Assembly: GCA_020851255.1 (NCBI GenBank)
Contig: JADZDA010000295.1
Span: 4,809-68,808, forward strand
Length of the DNA stretch: 64,000 bases
Origin: Burkholderiales bacterium
GTDB taxonomy: Bacteria; Pseudomonadota; Gammaproteobacteria; Burkholderiales; Casimicrobiaceae
Direction of reading: 5' to 3'
Part shown: one piece after another, positions 21,530-30,898 of the stretch
How the letters are laid out: each line of letters begins with the position of its first letter
How positions within the stretch are numbered: position 1 is the first letter of the stretch
Notes under the pieces: generated by a model
Database searches by the model: none
Told to the model about the DNA's origin: nothing
Seen by the model: only the letters and a program-made list of their open reading frames with translations
Translations under genes and position numbers: made by a program

Positions 21530-23596
21530 TCAGTGACGTCCGCGCCGCACGATCTGCGCGGCGTCGAGGATCAGCGCGACGCGCCCGTCGCCCATGATCG
21601 TCGCGCCGGAGACGCCGGGAACGCGGCGATAGTTGGTCTCGAGACTCTTGATGACGACCTGGTGCTGACCCAGCAATTCGTCGACCTCGAGCGCGGCGGA
21701 CACTCCGTCGGACTCGACGATCACGAGGATTCCGTCGTTGCCGCGATCGGCGCGTCCGGCGATGCCGAAGACGCCGGCCAGCGACACGACCGGGAGGTAG
21801 GCGCCGCGCACGCTGACGACATTGCCCGCACCGCTGATCGACTTGACCTCGAGCGACGAGGCCCGCATCGACTCGACGACATTGCCCAGCGGCAGGATGT
21901 AGGTGCCGCCGTCGATGCCGACCGACATGCCGTCCAGGATCGCGAGCGTGAGCGGCAGCCGGATGGAGAACCGGGAGCCCTGCCCCGCGGTGGACTCGAT
22001 CTCGACGCGCCCGCCCAGCGATTCGATGTTCCGGCGCACGACGTCCATGCCCACACCGCGCCCGGAGACGTCGGTCACTTCCTTGGCGGTCGAGAATCCG
22101 GCCTCGAAGATCAGCGCCCAGACTTCGGCGTCGGGCATGGTGTCGGGAACGTCCATGCCGCGCTCGCGCTCCTTGGCGAGGATCCGTGCGCGGTCCAGGC
22201 CGGCGCCGTCGTCCTCGACGCGGATCACGACGCTGCCGCCGCGATGGGCGGCCGACAGCAGGATCCGGCCCTTCGCCGGCTTGCCGGCGGCGAGCCGCGA
22301 CTCGACCGATTCGACGCCGTGGTCGAGGCTGTTGCGCACGAGATGGGTCAGCGGGTCGGAGAGTTTCTCGATCAGGCCCTTGTCGAGCTCGGTACCCTCG
22401 CCGTCGATCACGAGCTCCACCTCCTTGCCCAGTCGCGCGGCCAGGTCGCGCACGACCCGGGGGAACCGGTTGAACACGATCGCGATCGGCATCATGCGGA
22501 CGGCGAGCACCGCCTCCTGGAGATCGCGCGTATTGCGCTCGAACTGGGCGAGTCCGGCCTGCAGGCGTTCGGCGATCGCGGGATCGATCTGCGAAGCGCT
22601 CTGCGCGAGCATCGACTGCGTGATCACGAGCTCGCCGACCAGGTTGATCAACTGGTCGACCTTGTCGACGCTGACGCGGATCGACGAGTCGGTCTGCGCG
22701 GCCGGTTTGCGCGCGGCGGCGGCTGCCGCCGCCGGCGGAGCCTTCGCGGCTGCCGGTGCCGGCGTGCCGCCGTTGCCGGGTGCGTTGTCGAACAGGCCCC
22801 AGCCCGCGTCTGCGGGCACGCACGCTTCCGGGGCCGCGGGCGCCGCGCCCGGGGCGCCGTCGAACAGGCCCCAGCCCGCATCGGACGCCTCGCCGGCCTG
22901 CTCGGTGACCTCGACGGCCTCCGGCGCGGTCGACCATTCGAACAGAGCCCGCACGTCCGCTTCCGGCCGGTCGGTGCAAAGCGCCCAGCGGATGCGTCCG
23001 TCGTCGGTCGTGCCCAGGGATTCGACGCGGCCCAGGTCGGTCAGGCCGGCCTTGAGACCGTCGAGGCTCGAGTGTCCGTCGGTGGGCATCGGGAACGCGA
23101 CGACCAGCGTGCGCATCCGCCTTGGGGCGGACTTCCCGGCGTCGGTGGCCGGGGCGGACTTCGGAACGGCGGCGGTCCCGCCGGCTGCGGCGGCCTCGAC
23201 CGCGCGTATCCGTGCGCACATCGTGTCGACGTCGGTGCCGGCCGGGTCCGCGCCGTCGCGGTGATGCTCGAGCTGGCCGCGCAGCACGTCACAGGCCTCG
23301 AGGATCACGTCGACCATCGCGGCGGACAACGCGAGTTCGCCGTGCCGCACGCGATCGAGCAGCGACTCGGCGGCGTGCGTGACCGCGGCCATGTCGTGGA
23401 AGCCGAAGGTTCCGCTGCCGCCCTTGATCGAGTGGGCGGCGCGGAAGATCGCGTTGAGCTCCTCGGCCGGGGGAGCCGCCGGGTCGATCCGGACGAGCCG
23501 GTGCTCGAGGTCGGAGAGGTGTTCCGCGGCTTCCTCGAAGAAGACGCGATGGAATTGCGTGAGATCGATCGGCGCGGGGGCCGCGGGGCTGGCCAT
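21530..23596 (-). CDS. cheA: Chemotaxis histidine kinase CheA (system 1)
   Basis: P1 [13 protein letters not shown]; P3 [21 protein letters not shown]; P4 [10 protein letters not shown] and [10 protein letters not shown]; P5 GATIMGDG. Confidence 0.97.
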   Translation of the reverse strand: MASPAAPAPIDLTQFHRVFFEEAAEHLSDLEHRLVRIDPAAPPAEELNAIFRAAHSIKGGSGTFGFHDMAAVTHAAESLLDRVRHGELALSAAMVDVILEACDVLRGQLEHHRDGADPAGTDVDTMCARIRAVEAAAAGGTAAVPKSAPATDAGKSAPRRMRTLVVAFPMPTDGHSSLDGLKAGLTDLGRVESLGTTDDGRIRWALCTDRPEADVRALFEWSTAPEAVEVTEQAGEASDAGWGLFDGAPGAAPAAPEACVPADAGWGLFDNAPGNGGTPAPAAAKAPPAAAAAAARKPAAQTDSSIRVSVDKVDQLINLVGELVITQSMLAQSASQIDPAIAERLQAGLAQFERNTRDLQEAVLAVRMMPIAIVFNRFPRVVRDLAARLGKEVELVIDGEGTELDKGLIEKLSDPLTHLVRNSLDHGVESVESRLAAGKPAKGRILLSAAHRGGSVVIRVEDDGAGLDRARILAKERERGMDVPDTMPDAEVWALIFEAGFSTAKEVTDVSGRGVGMDVVRRNIESLGGRVEIESTAGQGSRFSIRLPLTLAILDGMSVGIDGGTYILPLGNVVESMRASSLEVKSISGAGNVVSVRGAYLPVVSLAGVFGIAGRADRGNDGILVIVESDGVSAALEVDELLGQHQVVIKSLETNYRRVPGVSGATIMGDGRVALILDAAQIVRRGRH

Positions 23597-23612
23597 GAGC
23601 GGTTCCCTCCGG

Positions 23613-23978
23613 TCAGCCGATGACTTTTTTCACGACATCCATCAACCGGGCTGGATCGAACGGCTTCACCAGCCACCCGGTCGCGCCGGCGGACTTGCCT
23701 TGCGCCTTCATCGCGTCGCTCGACTCGGTCGTGAGCAACAGGATCGGCGTCGCGGCGTACTGCGGCGTCGCCCGCAGCGACTTGACCAGCGTGAGCCCGT
23801 CCATGCGCGGCATGTTCTGGTCGGTCAGCACGAGGTCGACCTTCGCCGCCTTCGCCTTGTCGAGGCCGTCCTGGCCGTCGACGGCCTCGACGACCTGGTA
23901 GCCGGCGCCCTTGAGCGTCAGGGCGACCATCTGGCGGATGGAGGAGGAATCGTCGACGGTGAGTACGGTCTTGGCCAT
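23613..23978 (-). CDS. cheY: Chemotaxis response regulator CheY (system 1)
   Basis: MAKTVLTVDDSSSIRQMV, TDQNMPRMDG, LLTTES and GATGWLVKPF; directly upstream of cheA. Confidence 0.93.
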   Translation of the reverse strand: MAKTVLTVDDSSSIRQMVALTLKGAGYQVVEAVDGQDGLDKAKAAKVDLVLTDQNMPRMDGLTLVKSLRATPQYAATPILLLTTESSDAMKAQGKSAGATGWLVKPFDPARLMDVVKKVIG

Positions 23979-23998
23979 GGCGTTCGCCGTGTTCCGGT

Positions 23999-25240
23999 TC
24001 AGAAGAGTTCGACTTCGCCGCGCGCGACATCCCCGTGGGCGACCGGCTGCTTCGCCGTCGCGGCGCGCGTGCGTTCGATGAGCTGGTTCAGGACCTCGAG
24101 CGGGCGCGAGGTCGCGCCGGGATCCGGCGTGCCGGTCCTGGCACCGGCGGCGTCGACGACGCTCTCGATCATCGCCGGGGCGCTGGCGGCGACCTGCCGA
24201 GCGGAATCGATCCGGGCGCCGGTGACGCCGATCAACTGCGTCGCGAGGTCCTGGAACTGGAGCGCCGTCACCGCGTGTCCGACCTGGGTCTCGATCTCGC
24301 CGACGATGCCGGAGAGCTCCTGCATGCGCCGCGCGGATGCCGTGTTGACGTCGCGCACGCTCGCCATCGCGCCTTCGAATTCGTCCTTCGAGCGCAGCGC
24401 GACGTTCTTGTCCTGCGACACGAGTTGGTGGATCGCCGATTCGGTCTCCCGGATGAGGCCGTGGACCGTGCCGATCTCGCCGCGGATCTGCTGGCTGAAA
24501 TGGCTGGTCCGCTCGGACAGCGCCCGGACTTCCTCGGCCACCACGGCGAAACCCCGCCCGGTCTCCCCGGCGCGGGCGGCCTCGATCGCCGCGTTCAGCG
24601 CGAGCAGGTTGGTCTGGCGGGAGATGCCCTCGATCTCCTCGAGAACCTTGATGACCGCCGATACGGCGCCGCTGATCCGTTGCACTTTGTCGACCAGTCC
24701 GGCCGCCTCGGCGCTGTTGCGCGTCGTCGTGTCGACGAAGCTCTGCAGCGTCGTGGTCGTCCGCTGGATGAAGCCGTCGAGGCTCGCGGCGTCGCCGTTG
24801 CCTTGGAGCATCGTCAACGTGATGTCCTTCTGCCGGGTTGCGAGGCCCGAGAGCGATGTGAACGAACTGATCAGTTTGCCGACCGCGTCGGCGAGCAATC
24901 CCTTGAGGCGCTCCAGCTCGCCGTGGGCCGCGCCGGTCTGCTGCTCGACCTCGGCGATGCCGACATGCAGACCCTCGCGGCCCCGGGCCGCGGCGTGGAC
25001 GACGGCCTTGCGCACCAGAGCCACTTCGGCCGCGCACCGCGCCTGGGCTCGTCGATCCCGTGAACGGGAAACGGCGAGCAGCGAGGCGCCCAGGATCAGA
25101 TTGGAAATCACGATCGCGACGGTCGCCCCGCCACCCCAGCCGGCCAGCATGGCGAGCGCGCCGGCGCCCGTGGCGACGATGCCGATCGGCGCGATCAGCC
25201 AACCCCAGTTGGCCGCACGCACGGGTGATGTGGTGGACAA
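23999..25240 (-). CDS. McpA/CttP-like chemoreceptor (two N-terminal TMs, short MA domain, C-terminal GEVELF)
   Basis: [37 protein letters not shown], ends GEVELF. TTG 25240 chosen because it has a G-rich RBS and lies downstream of the sigma28 promoter. Confidence 0.85.
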   Translation of the reverse strand: MSTTSPVRAANWGWLIAPIGIVATGAGALAMLAGWGGGATVAIVISNLILGASLLAVSRSRDRRAQARCAAEVALVRKAVVHAAARGREGLHVGIAEVEQQTGAAHGELERLKGLLADAVGKLISSFTSLSGLATRQKDITLTMLQGNGDAASLDGFIQRTTTTLQSFVDTTTRNSAEAAGLVDKVQRISGAVSAVIKVLEEIEGISRQTNLLALNAAIEAARAGETGRGFAVVAEEVRALSERTSHFSQQIRGEIGTVHGLIRETESAIHQLVSQDKNVALRSKDEFEGAMASVRDVNTASARRMQELSGIVGEIETQVGHAVTALQFQDLATQLIGVTGARIDSARQVAASAPAMIESVVDAAGARTGTPDPGATSRPLEVLNQLIERTRAATAKQPVAHGDVARGEVELF

Positions 25241-25299
25241 GGTTGAACCCCCCGAGTGGCTCGAACGGCCGGGGCGGTCCCCGCCCCGGCCACAACCGG

Positions 25300-25326
25300 G
25301 TATCGGCCCGGCCTGCGTGAACTTGA
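25300..25326 (-). promoter_or_regulatory. Sigma28 (FliA)-type promoter of the che operon
   Basis: Minus strand TCAAG-N14-GCCGATAC, about 60 bp upstream of the McpA-like gene. Confidence 0.75.
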
Positions 25327-25528
25327 GGCGACGGTCCGTTCCTGGGGCATGCTTGCCCGAAATCGGGCCGATGGCGGACACCCGGTGTCAGGCGACCGCC
25401 TACATCGGCCCCGTTCGCACCGACACGCATGCGTCGAGCGTGACCGCGCGCGCCGGCCAGCGTCTACAATGTCAGCAGGACCGGTGTCGGACGTCCGCCC
25501 CATGCCGGGATTGGTCGCGAATTCGCCG

Positions 25529-26989
25529 ATGCCCATCGCGCCGCTCACGCTCATCGTCGTCGAGGACTCCGAGGACGACTTCGACCTGGTCGTGTCGAGT
25601 CTCGCCAAGTCGGGGCGACGCGTCGACGCCCGGCGCGTCGAGACCGACGCGAGCCTGCGCGCCGCGCTGGCCGAGAGCGTGCCCGAGGCGGTGATCTCCG
25701 ATCACCGTCTGCCCGGGTTCTCGTCGTTCGAGGCGTTGCGCATCGTCCGCGACCGGGACCAGGACCTGCCGTTCGTCATCGTCTCCGGGACGATCGGCGA
25801 GCAGACGGCGGTCGAGGCGATGCGGGAGGGCGCGAGCGATTACCTGATGAAGGACGAGCTGGTCCGGCTGGGACCGGCGCTCTCCCGCGCGCTCGACAAC
25901 GCCGCGGCCCGCCGCAGGCGCCGCGAGGCCGAAGCGGCGCTGATCGACAGCGAGGCCCGGTTTCGCGCGCTCACCGCGAACCTGCCGGGCGTCGTGTTCC
26001 AGCTCGAGCTGCTCGGCGAACGCTTCCGCCTTCTCTACGTGAGCGACGGCGTGCGCCGGATCTTCGGGCTCGAGCCCGACCAGGTCACCCGACACCCCGA
26101 GTCGTTGCTCGAGCTCGCTTCGCCGGCGGAGTCCGACCGCCTGTGCCGCGAGCTTCGCGAGGCGGGCCAGGTGGCGCAGCCGTTCCGGTGGATCGGACGG
26201 CTGCCCCCGCGGGAGGGCGTGTCCGTCGAGTGGGTCGACGTGGCGGCGAGCGCCCGGCGCACCGGACCCGACCGCGTGGTCTGGGACGGGATCATCGTCG
26301 ACGTGACGCCGCGCATCCGCACCGAGCATGCGCTCGCGGCCTCCCGCGAGGAACTGCGCAAACTCGCGATGCACCTCGCCCAGGTGAGCGAGCGCGAACG
26401 CGAAGCCCTGTCACGCGAACTGCACGACGAGGTCGGCAGCATGCTGACCGGCCTGCGGTTCTCGCTCGCCTGGCTCAAGGGCGAGCTCAAGGGGGAACCG
26501 CGTTTCGACGTCCACATCGAGCGCACCGAGAAGCTCGTCGACTCGGCGATCCAGGCGTCCACGCGGATCATGCACGACCTGCGCCCGGCGATCCTCGACG
26601 CCGGCATCGTTCCCGCGCTCGAGTGGCTGGTCCGGGAGTTCTCCGAGCGGATCGGGATCACCGCGGTATTCCACGGACCGCCGGACGAGCCGGACCTCGG
26701 CCCCGACGAGTCGATCGTCGTCTTCCGCATCTGCCAGGAGGCGCTCAACAACGCGGCCAAGCACGCCGACGCGAAGCGCGTCGACGTGTTCTTCGAGGTG
26801 ACCACGACCGAGATCCTGCTCGACGTCGAGGACGACGGCCGCGGCATCGCCGGCGCGGACCTCGAGAAGACCGATCGCTACGGAGTGCGCGGTATGCGCG
26901 AGCGCGCGGCCTCGCTGGGCGGCGAGGTCGAGATCGTCCGCCGACCGGAAGGCGGTACCCACCTGCGCGTGTCGCTGCCGCGCGCCTGA
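25529..26989 (+). CDS. Cytoplasmic REC-PAS-HisKA_3-HATPase sensor kinase
   Basis: REC (VEDSEDD, ISDHRLP); PAS (NLPGVVFQ..YVSDG); H-box SRELHDEVG; QEALNNAAKHA, DDGRG and YGVRGMRERA. Confidence 0.92.
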   Translation: MPIAPLTLIVVEDSEDDFDLVVSSLAKSGRRVDARRVETDASLRAALAESVPEAVISDHRLPGFSSFEALRIVRDRDQDLPFVIVSGTIGEQTAVEAMREGASDYLMKDELVRLGPALSRALDNAAARRRRREAEAALIDSEARFRALTANLPGVVFQLELLGERFRLLYVSDGVRRIFGLEPDQVTRHPESLLELASPAESDRLCRELREAGQVAQPFRWIGRLPPREGVSVEWVDVAASARRTGPDRVVWDGIIVDVTPRIRTEHALAASREELRKLAMHLAQVSEREREALSRELHDEVGSMLTGLRFSLAWLKGELKGEPRFDVHIERTEKLVDSAIQASTRIMHDLRPAILDAGIVPALEWLVREFSERIGITAVFHGPPDEPDLGPDESIVVFRICQEALNNAAKHADAKRVDVFFEVTTTEILLDVEDDGRGIAGADLEKTDRYGVRGMRERAASLGGEVEIVRRPEGGTHLRVSLPRA

Positions 26990-27014
26990 AGCTCCCATCG
27001 ACCGAAGGACCCCG

Positions 27015-27647
27015 ATGATCCGAGTCGCGCTATCCGACGATCACGCCGTCGTCCGCCAGGGCCTCCGGCAGATCCTGTCGGCGCAACCCGATTTCACCGT
27101 CGTCGCCGAGGCATCGAACCACGGCGAAACGCTGCAGATGCTCCGCAACACGCGCTGCGACGTGCTCGTCCTCGACATCGCCATGCCCGGCCGCAGCGGC
27201 ATCGACACGCTCAAGCAGGTGAAGAACGAGTGGCCGAAGCTGCCGGTGCTGATGCTGTCGATGTACCCGGAGGACCAGTACGCGTTCCGCGCGCTCAAGG
27301 CCGGCGCCGCCGGTTACCTCACCAAGATGGCCGCGGTCGACCAGCTCGTCCAGGCGATCCGCCAGGTCGCCTCGGGCCGCAAGTACATCACCATCGAGCT
27401 CGCCGAGGCGCTCGCCTCCGGGCTCGAACGCAACCCCGACACGCCGACGCCGGACGTCCTGTCCGACCGGGAGTTCCAGACGCTCAAGATGATCGCGCAG
27501 GGCCAGAAGCTCCAGGAGATCGGCGAAGCACTGTCGCTGTCGCCCAAGACCGTCTCGGTCTACCGGGCGAGGCTGTGCCAGAAGCTCAACCTGACGACGA
27601 CCGCCGAGCTGACGCGATACGCGGTCGAGCACGGTCTGCTGGACTGA
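27015..27647 (+). CDS. NarL/LuxR-family DNA-binding response regulator (UvrY/GacA-like)
   Basis: DDHAVVRQGL, LDIAMPG and GAAGYLTK; HTH LSDREFQ..LSPKTVSVYR. Confidence 0.93.
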   Translation: MIRVALSDDHAVVRQGLRQILSAQPDFTVVAEASNHGETLQMLRNTRCDVLVLDIAMPGRSGIDTLKQVKNEWPKLPVLMLSMYPEDQYAFRALKAGAAGYLTKMAAVDQLVQAIRQVASGRKYITIELAEALASGLERNPDTPTPDVLSDREFQTLKMIAQGQKLQEIGEALSLSPKTVSVYRARLCQKLNLTTTAELTRYAVEHGLLD

Positions 27648-27699
27648 TCCGGCGCCGCCCTCTTCGGCGGCCGGCGCGCTCTGCGTCAGGGGGATACGC

Positions 27700-27827
27700 G
27701 CCCCCCGGGGGGAGGCGCGCGCAGCGCGCTGCGGGGGGACCTGAGGGGGGAGAGCCGGCGACGGGCCGCCCCCGAGCCGGCTCTTCGGCCCCCCGGGGGG
27801 AGGCGCGCGCAGCGCGCTGCGGGGGGA
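27700..27827. repeat. Two 40-bp GC-rich direct repeats around a hairpin (REP-like element)
   Basis: gccccccggggggaggcgcgcgcagcgcgctgcgggggga at 27700-27739 and 27788-27827, with agagccggc...gccggctct between them, in a convergent intergenic gap. Confidence 0.7.
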
Positions 27828-27835
27828 TGACGACC

Positions 27836-29641
27836 CTACCCTGCGATGACCCGGTTGCGCCCCGCCTGCTTGGCCGCGTAGAGGCACCGGTCGGCGCGCC
27901 CGATCATCGCGTCGCGCAGTTCGCCGGGCATCCGCTGCACGACACCGGCCGAGAACGTGATCAGGATGCGCTGGTTGTCGTGGAGGAAGAACCGCCGCGT
28001 GAGCTCGCGCTGCACGCGCTGCATGATCGCCACCGCCTCGTCGATCTGCGCGTCGGGCAGCAGGATGACGAATTCCTCGCCGCCGAAGCGGGCGACGATG
28101 TCGGACGGCCGGATCGACTCGCGGACGATGCGGGTCAGATGGACGAGCGCTTCGTCGCCGGTCTGGTGGCCGAACGTGTCGTTCAGCTTCTTGAAGTGGT
28201 CGATGTCGAGCAGCGCGAGGCACATCGGCGTGCCGTGCCGGTCGGCACGGGCGGCCTCGCCGTCGAACGCTCGCGCGAGGCCGCGGCGGTTCAGCAGTTC
28301 GGTCAGCGCGTCCTCGTGCAGCCGCTGTCTCACGTCGGCCAGCTCGGTCTCGAGCCGCCGCACCTCGGCGCCGAACGCGTCGACCTTGGCGCGCGCCTCG
28401 ACGAGCTCCGTGTGCGACCGCTTGAGGTCGGCCTGCACGCCGCGCGTGTCGTTCATCAGCGAGACCACGACGTCCGAGATCTCGGGGATGCTCGTGGCGC
28501 TGGAGATGTTCTTCTGGTAGCCGGTGAGGCGATCCTGGTACTCGCCGGTGTGATCGACGATCGTGCCGACGCGGTCGATGAACGTCGTGACCATCGACTT
28601 GAGGGCGCCCTTGGCTTCCTCGATGCTCTTCTTGAGCAGTCCCTGCTTCAGCACGATGTCGCGCAGGGTCTTCTCGAGCGTCTCGATGGTCTTGCGGCTG
28701 ATCGGACCGGCGGCGAGCGACGCGAGCGAGGTCAGCTGTCCCTGCAGCCACTGGTCGTCGGCGACCAGCTCGGCGGTGTTGACGAGCACGAGGTGCAGGA
28801 TGCGCAGCAACCCGTGCTGGATCTCCTCGCCGTCGTCGCCGCGCTGCTCGAGCAGGATCCACAGCTTTTTCGCGCGCTCGCCGGCCGGCGCGAGCGTCGG
28901 CTGGTCGACGACCTCGGCGAGCGCGGAGGCGAGCATCGAAGCCTCGCCGAGGATCTCCGTGCAGAAGACACGGCGCTCGGCGAGCCCCAGGTGCACCGTC
29001 CGCTGGAACATCTCGCGCAGCGCGAGCACGAGCGGGTCCGGCGGCGGCGGCTCCTCGCGGCTGGCGACCGCGTCGAGCGGCGCGGGCGTCCGCGGATCGG
29101 GCAGCCCGGTCTCGTCGACGGCGGTCGTGGCGGCCGGCGTCGTGCCCTGCGCGGCCCACGTGCGCAGCAGCCCTTTGAGACGCACGCCCAGCGATTCGTC
29201 GGAGCCGGCGAAGGCCCCCAGCACGTGCTCGAGCGCCTCGCGCTTGCGCGCCTTGGTCAGTCCCGGCGTGCTGCCGTCCCACTGCGTCAGCAGTTCGCGG
29301 ACCAGCGGCGCCCAGTGGCCGTCGGCGCGCTCGACCTGCGGCGCCGGCGCGAGCAGGCGCTTGAGCGCGAGCTTCGCCTGCGTCCAGTCGCCGCCGGTGA
29401 CCGCGCTGCGGAACGCCTGCGCGTCCGGTGCGTCGTCTCCCCGCTGGCGCGCGACCTCGTCCGCGAGCTCCGCCAGCATCGCGCCCGAGGCGACGGTCGC
29501 GGCCCGCTGCCGTGGCGAGGCGATCTCGACGTAGACGCGCGTGTAGTTGTCCGGTGTCGCCGGGAGGCGGCGCGCGAGCAGCTCCTTGAGCGTCGCACGG
29601 GCGAGATCCGCGGGATTCGACAGTTCCTGGACGCCGGACAT
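27836..29641 (-). CDS. Diguanylate cyclase with long helical N-terminus
   Basis: DALTELLNRR, DIDHFKKLNDTFGH, I-site RPSD and active site GGEEF. Start ATG 29641 (or GTG 29698 overlapping the flgL stop). Confidence 0.92.
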   Translation of the reverse strand: MSGVQELSNPADLARATLKELLARRLPATPDNYTRVYVEIASPRQRAATVASGAMLAELADEVARQRGDDAPDAQAFRSAVTGGDWTQAKLALKRLLAPAPQVERADGHWAPLVRELLTQWDGSTPGLTKARKREALEHVLGAFAGSDESLGVRLKGLLRTWAAQGTTPAATTAVDETGLPDPRTPAPLDAVASREEPPPPDPLVLALREMFQRTVHLGLAERRVFCTEILGEASMLASALAEVVDQPTLAPAGERAKKLWILLEQRGDDGEEIQHGLLRILHLVLVNTAELVADDQWLQGQLTSLASLAAGPISRKTIETLEKTLRDIVLKQGLLKKSIEEAKGALKSMVTTFIDRVGTIVDHTGEYQDRLTGYQKNISSATSIPEISDVVVSLMNDTRGVQADLKRSHTELVEARAKVDAFGAEVRRLETELADVRQRLHEDALTELLNRRGLARAFDGEAARADRHGTPMCLALLDIDHFKKLNDTFGHQTGDEALVHLTRIVRESIRPSDIVARFGGEEFVILLPDAQIDEAVAIMQRVQRELTRRFFLHDNQRILITFSAGVVQRMPGELRDAMIGRADRCLYAAKQAGRNRVIAG

Positions 29642-29694
29642 GGCGGGAGACTCGGTTTCGATCGGTTGTCGGTAACGTCGCGGTGCCGAGGGCA

Positions 29695-30897
29695 TCACAG
29701 ATAATCGAACAGGGACAGCCGGCTCATCTGCGCGTAGGTCCGCTGCGAGGCTTCGAGCGCGACCTGCTGGCGCGAGAACGTGGAGACCGCGCTGGCGTAG
29801 TCGAGGTCGGTGAGCCGCGACAGCGTCGCCTGCTGCTGCAGCGTCGTCTCCTCGTGTCCGGCCCCGAGCGCGTCGAGCTCGCGGAGCCGCGCGCCCACGT
29901 CGGCGCGCACCGACAGCACCTGTTCGAGCGCGCGGTCGACGTTGAGCAGGCCGTCGTTCAGGTCGTTCATCAGCCGCGCGCGGCCCGGCCCGCCCGACAC
30001 CGGCGTCTCCAGGGCCACGATGAGCCTGTCGAGGGTCGCGAAGGCGCTCTGCGCGGACGACGGCGCCAGCGTGAACCGGTCGCCGTTCGCCGGGGCGCCG
30101 CCGATCGTCACCTGCCGGCCGTCGACGGTGATCGCGGTCCCCGGCTGATAGGCGGTGCCGGTCGACAGGTACGCCGAAGTCGTCGCGTTCCAGATGTCGT
30201 AGGTGGTCACGCTGCCGGCGACGTTGAACCGGATCTCGTAGGTCGCCGTGCCGGTCGTCCCGGCGTTCGCCAGCGTTCCGACGATACCCGTGCCGGTGTT
30301 GGCGGCCGACGCGGTCGCGCGGAACGTCCCGTTCCCGTCGGCGATCGCCACGAACACGTCCTGGCCGTTCTCGCGCACCGGCATCGAACGCGAGCTGGCG
30401 ACGTCGAGCTCGCGCCGCCCGGTGTCGCCGTTGTACACGGCACCGCCGGCCATGCGTGCGAACGGCGGCGTCTGGTCGCGGAAACCGCCGAAGAGGTAGC
30501 GGCCTTCCCCGTCGACGGCGTTGGCGAGTCCGATCAGTTCCTCCAGCCGCCCGCGCAGGTCGACCGCCAGGCTCGCGCGGTTCTCGTCGGTATAGGCGGC
30601 GTTGCCGGCCGCGATCACCTGGTCGCGCACCGACTCGAGGAGCCCGGTCACCTGGGCGAGCGTCGCCTCGGTGTATCCGAGGCCGTCGCGCGCCGCCCCG
30701 ACGCTGTCGAGGAACTGCCCGGTACGGGCCTGCGCCTGCGAAACGACGAGCGCCTGCGACGCGGCGACCGGATCGTCGGACGGCGTGAGGATCCGCCGGC
30801 CCGAGGAGATCTGCTGTTGCGTGCGCACCAGCTCGGACTGCCGATCGGTCATCGACCGGACCGCGAGGTCGTGCATCATCGACGTGGACACGCGCAT
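29695..30897 (-). CDS. flgL: Hook-filament junction protein FlgL
   Basis: MRVST..QQQISSGRRI..PSDDPVAA, YLFGG, C-terminal LSLFDYL. Confidence 0.95.
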   Translation of the reverse strand: MRVSTSMMHDLAVRSMTDRQSELVRTQQQISSGRRILTPSDDPVAASQALVVSQAQARTGQFLDSVGAARDGLGYTEATLAQVTGLLESVRDQVIAAGNAAYTDENRASLAVDLRGRLEELIGLANAVDGEGRYLFGGFRDQTPPFARMAGGAVYNGDTGRRELDVASSRSMPVRENGQDVFVAIADGNGTFRATASAANTGTGIVGTLANAGTTGTATYEIRFNVAGSVTTYDIWNATTSAYLSTGTAYQPGTAITVDGRQVTIGGAPANGDRFTLAPSSAQSAFATLDRLIVALETPVSGGPGRARLMNDLNDGLLNVDRALEQVLSVRADVGARLRELDALGAGHEETTLQQQATLSRLTDLDYASAVSTFSRQQVALEASQRTYAQMSRLSLFDYL

Positions 30898-30898
30898 G

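Noticed and set aside
27700-27827. Possible CRISPR array
   Set aside because: Only two repeats, extremely GC-rich, with no leader and no cas genes in the window.
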